Made by a program: the position numbers and the translations under genes
From: Octopus bimaculoides
Taxonomy: Eukaryota
Assembly (NCBI RefSeq): GCF_001194135.2
Contig: NC_068987.1
Location: forward strand, 47,225,938 to 47,272,532
Direction: 5' to 3'
Length of the DNA: 46,595 nt
Shown here: positions 46,300 through 46,595 of the stretch, piece after piece
Position numbering within the stretch: the first letter of the stretch is position 1
Layout of the letters: the number at the start of each line of letters is the position of its first letter
The notes under the pieces: generated by a model
The model's input: only the letters and a program-made list of their open reading frames with translations
Databases searched by the model: none
What the model was told of the DNA's origin: nothing

Positions 46300-46595
46300 T
46301 GATAATGTCTTCTTAGGTAATAATAAGAATAATAAGAACAATTGGTATTATAATAAATTACCTAAACATAAACTTAATTTTAATGGTAACAATTTTAAAT
46401 ATTTTAATTTTTTTAATGATAATAATAAATTTAATAATACGAATAATAAATTCAATAATATCTATAATAAGAACAAACTCTGGTTAATTATTCCATACGG
46501 TGTACAAGTTAAAACTAACATTATTAATGAAGTTTTTAAAGTTATTGATTTATTCCTTAAAGATAATAAAAAATATCATTATATTTTTTCTAAAA
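46300..46595 (+). pseudogene. Penelope-like RT-to-endonuclease linker fragment, running off the window
   Basis: Stop-free frame 46238-46595 ending WLIIPYGVQVKTNIINEVFKVIDLFLKDNKKYHYIFSK, resembling the recalled PLE motif WFNPPYSxxVKTNIGxxFLxLIDxHFPxxHKxHKIFN. Confidence 0.6.

Noticed and set aside
46238-46595. Mitochondrial insertion (NUMT) or Asn-rich host gene
   Set aside because: No convincing mitochondrial protein motif in any frame; the stop-free frame matches a Penelope linker motif better.

Overview
Repeat-dominated, AT-rich eukaryotic genomic DNA with several N-gaps. The tRNA-derived SINE families and microsatellite load resemble an octopus/cephalopod genome (inferred from recalled repeat families, not searched). 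I recognise no intact host protein-coding gene, rRNA, genuine tRNA or CRISPR array; most listed ORFs are read-throughs of microsatellites or gaps. Supported content: two decayed mariner transposons with TIRs and TA TSDs; a decayed hAT (GTF2IRD2/SPIN-like) transposase; four Penelope-like retroelement fragments; Tx1/L1-, RTE- and CR1-like LINE remnants; about 20 SINE copies or halves; and several palindromic or foldback elements. The most interesting signals are non-coding: (1) two diverged copies of a hammerhead-like motif whose three strands occur in a non-circularly permuted order, with compensatory base changes (8061-8124, 44662-44739); (2) a type I minimal hammerhead and two HDV-like folds at retroelement ends; (3) a 575-bp transposon with perfect TIRs, an 8-bp TSD and an inverted telomere-repeat core, inserted into an RTE reading frame. 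All protein and RNA family calls come from manual translation and folding, not database searches.
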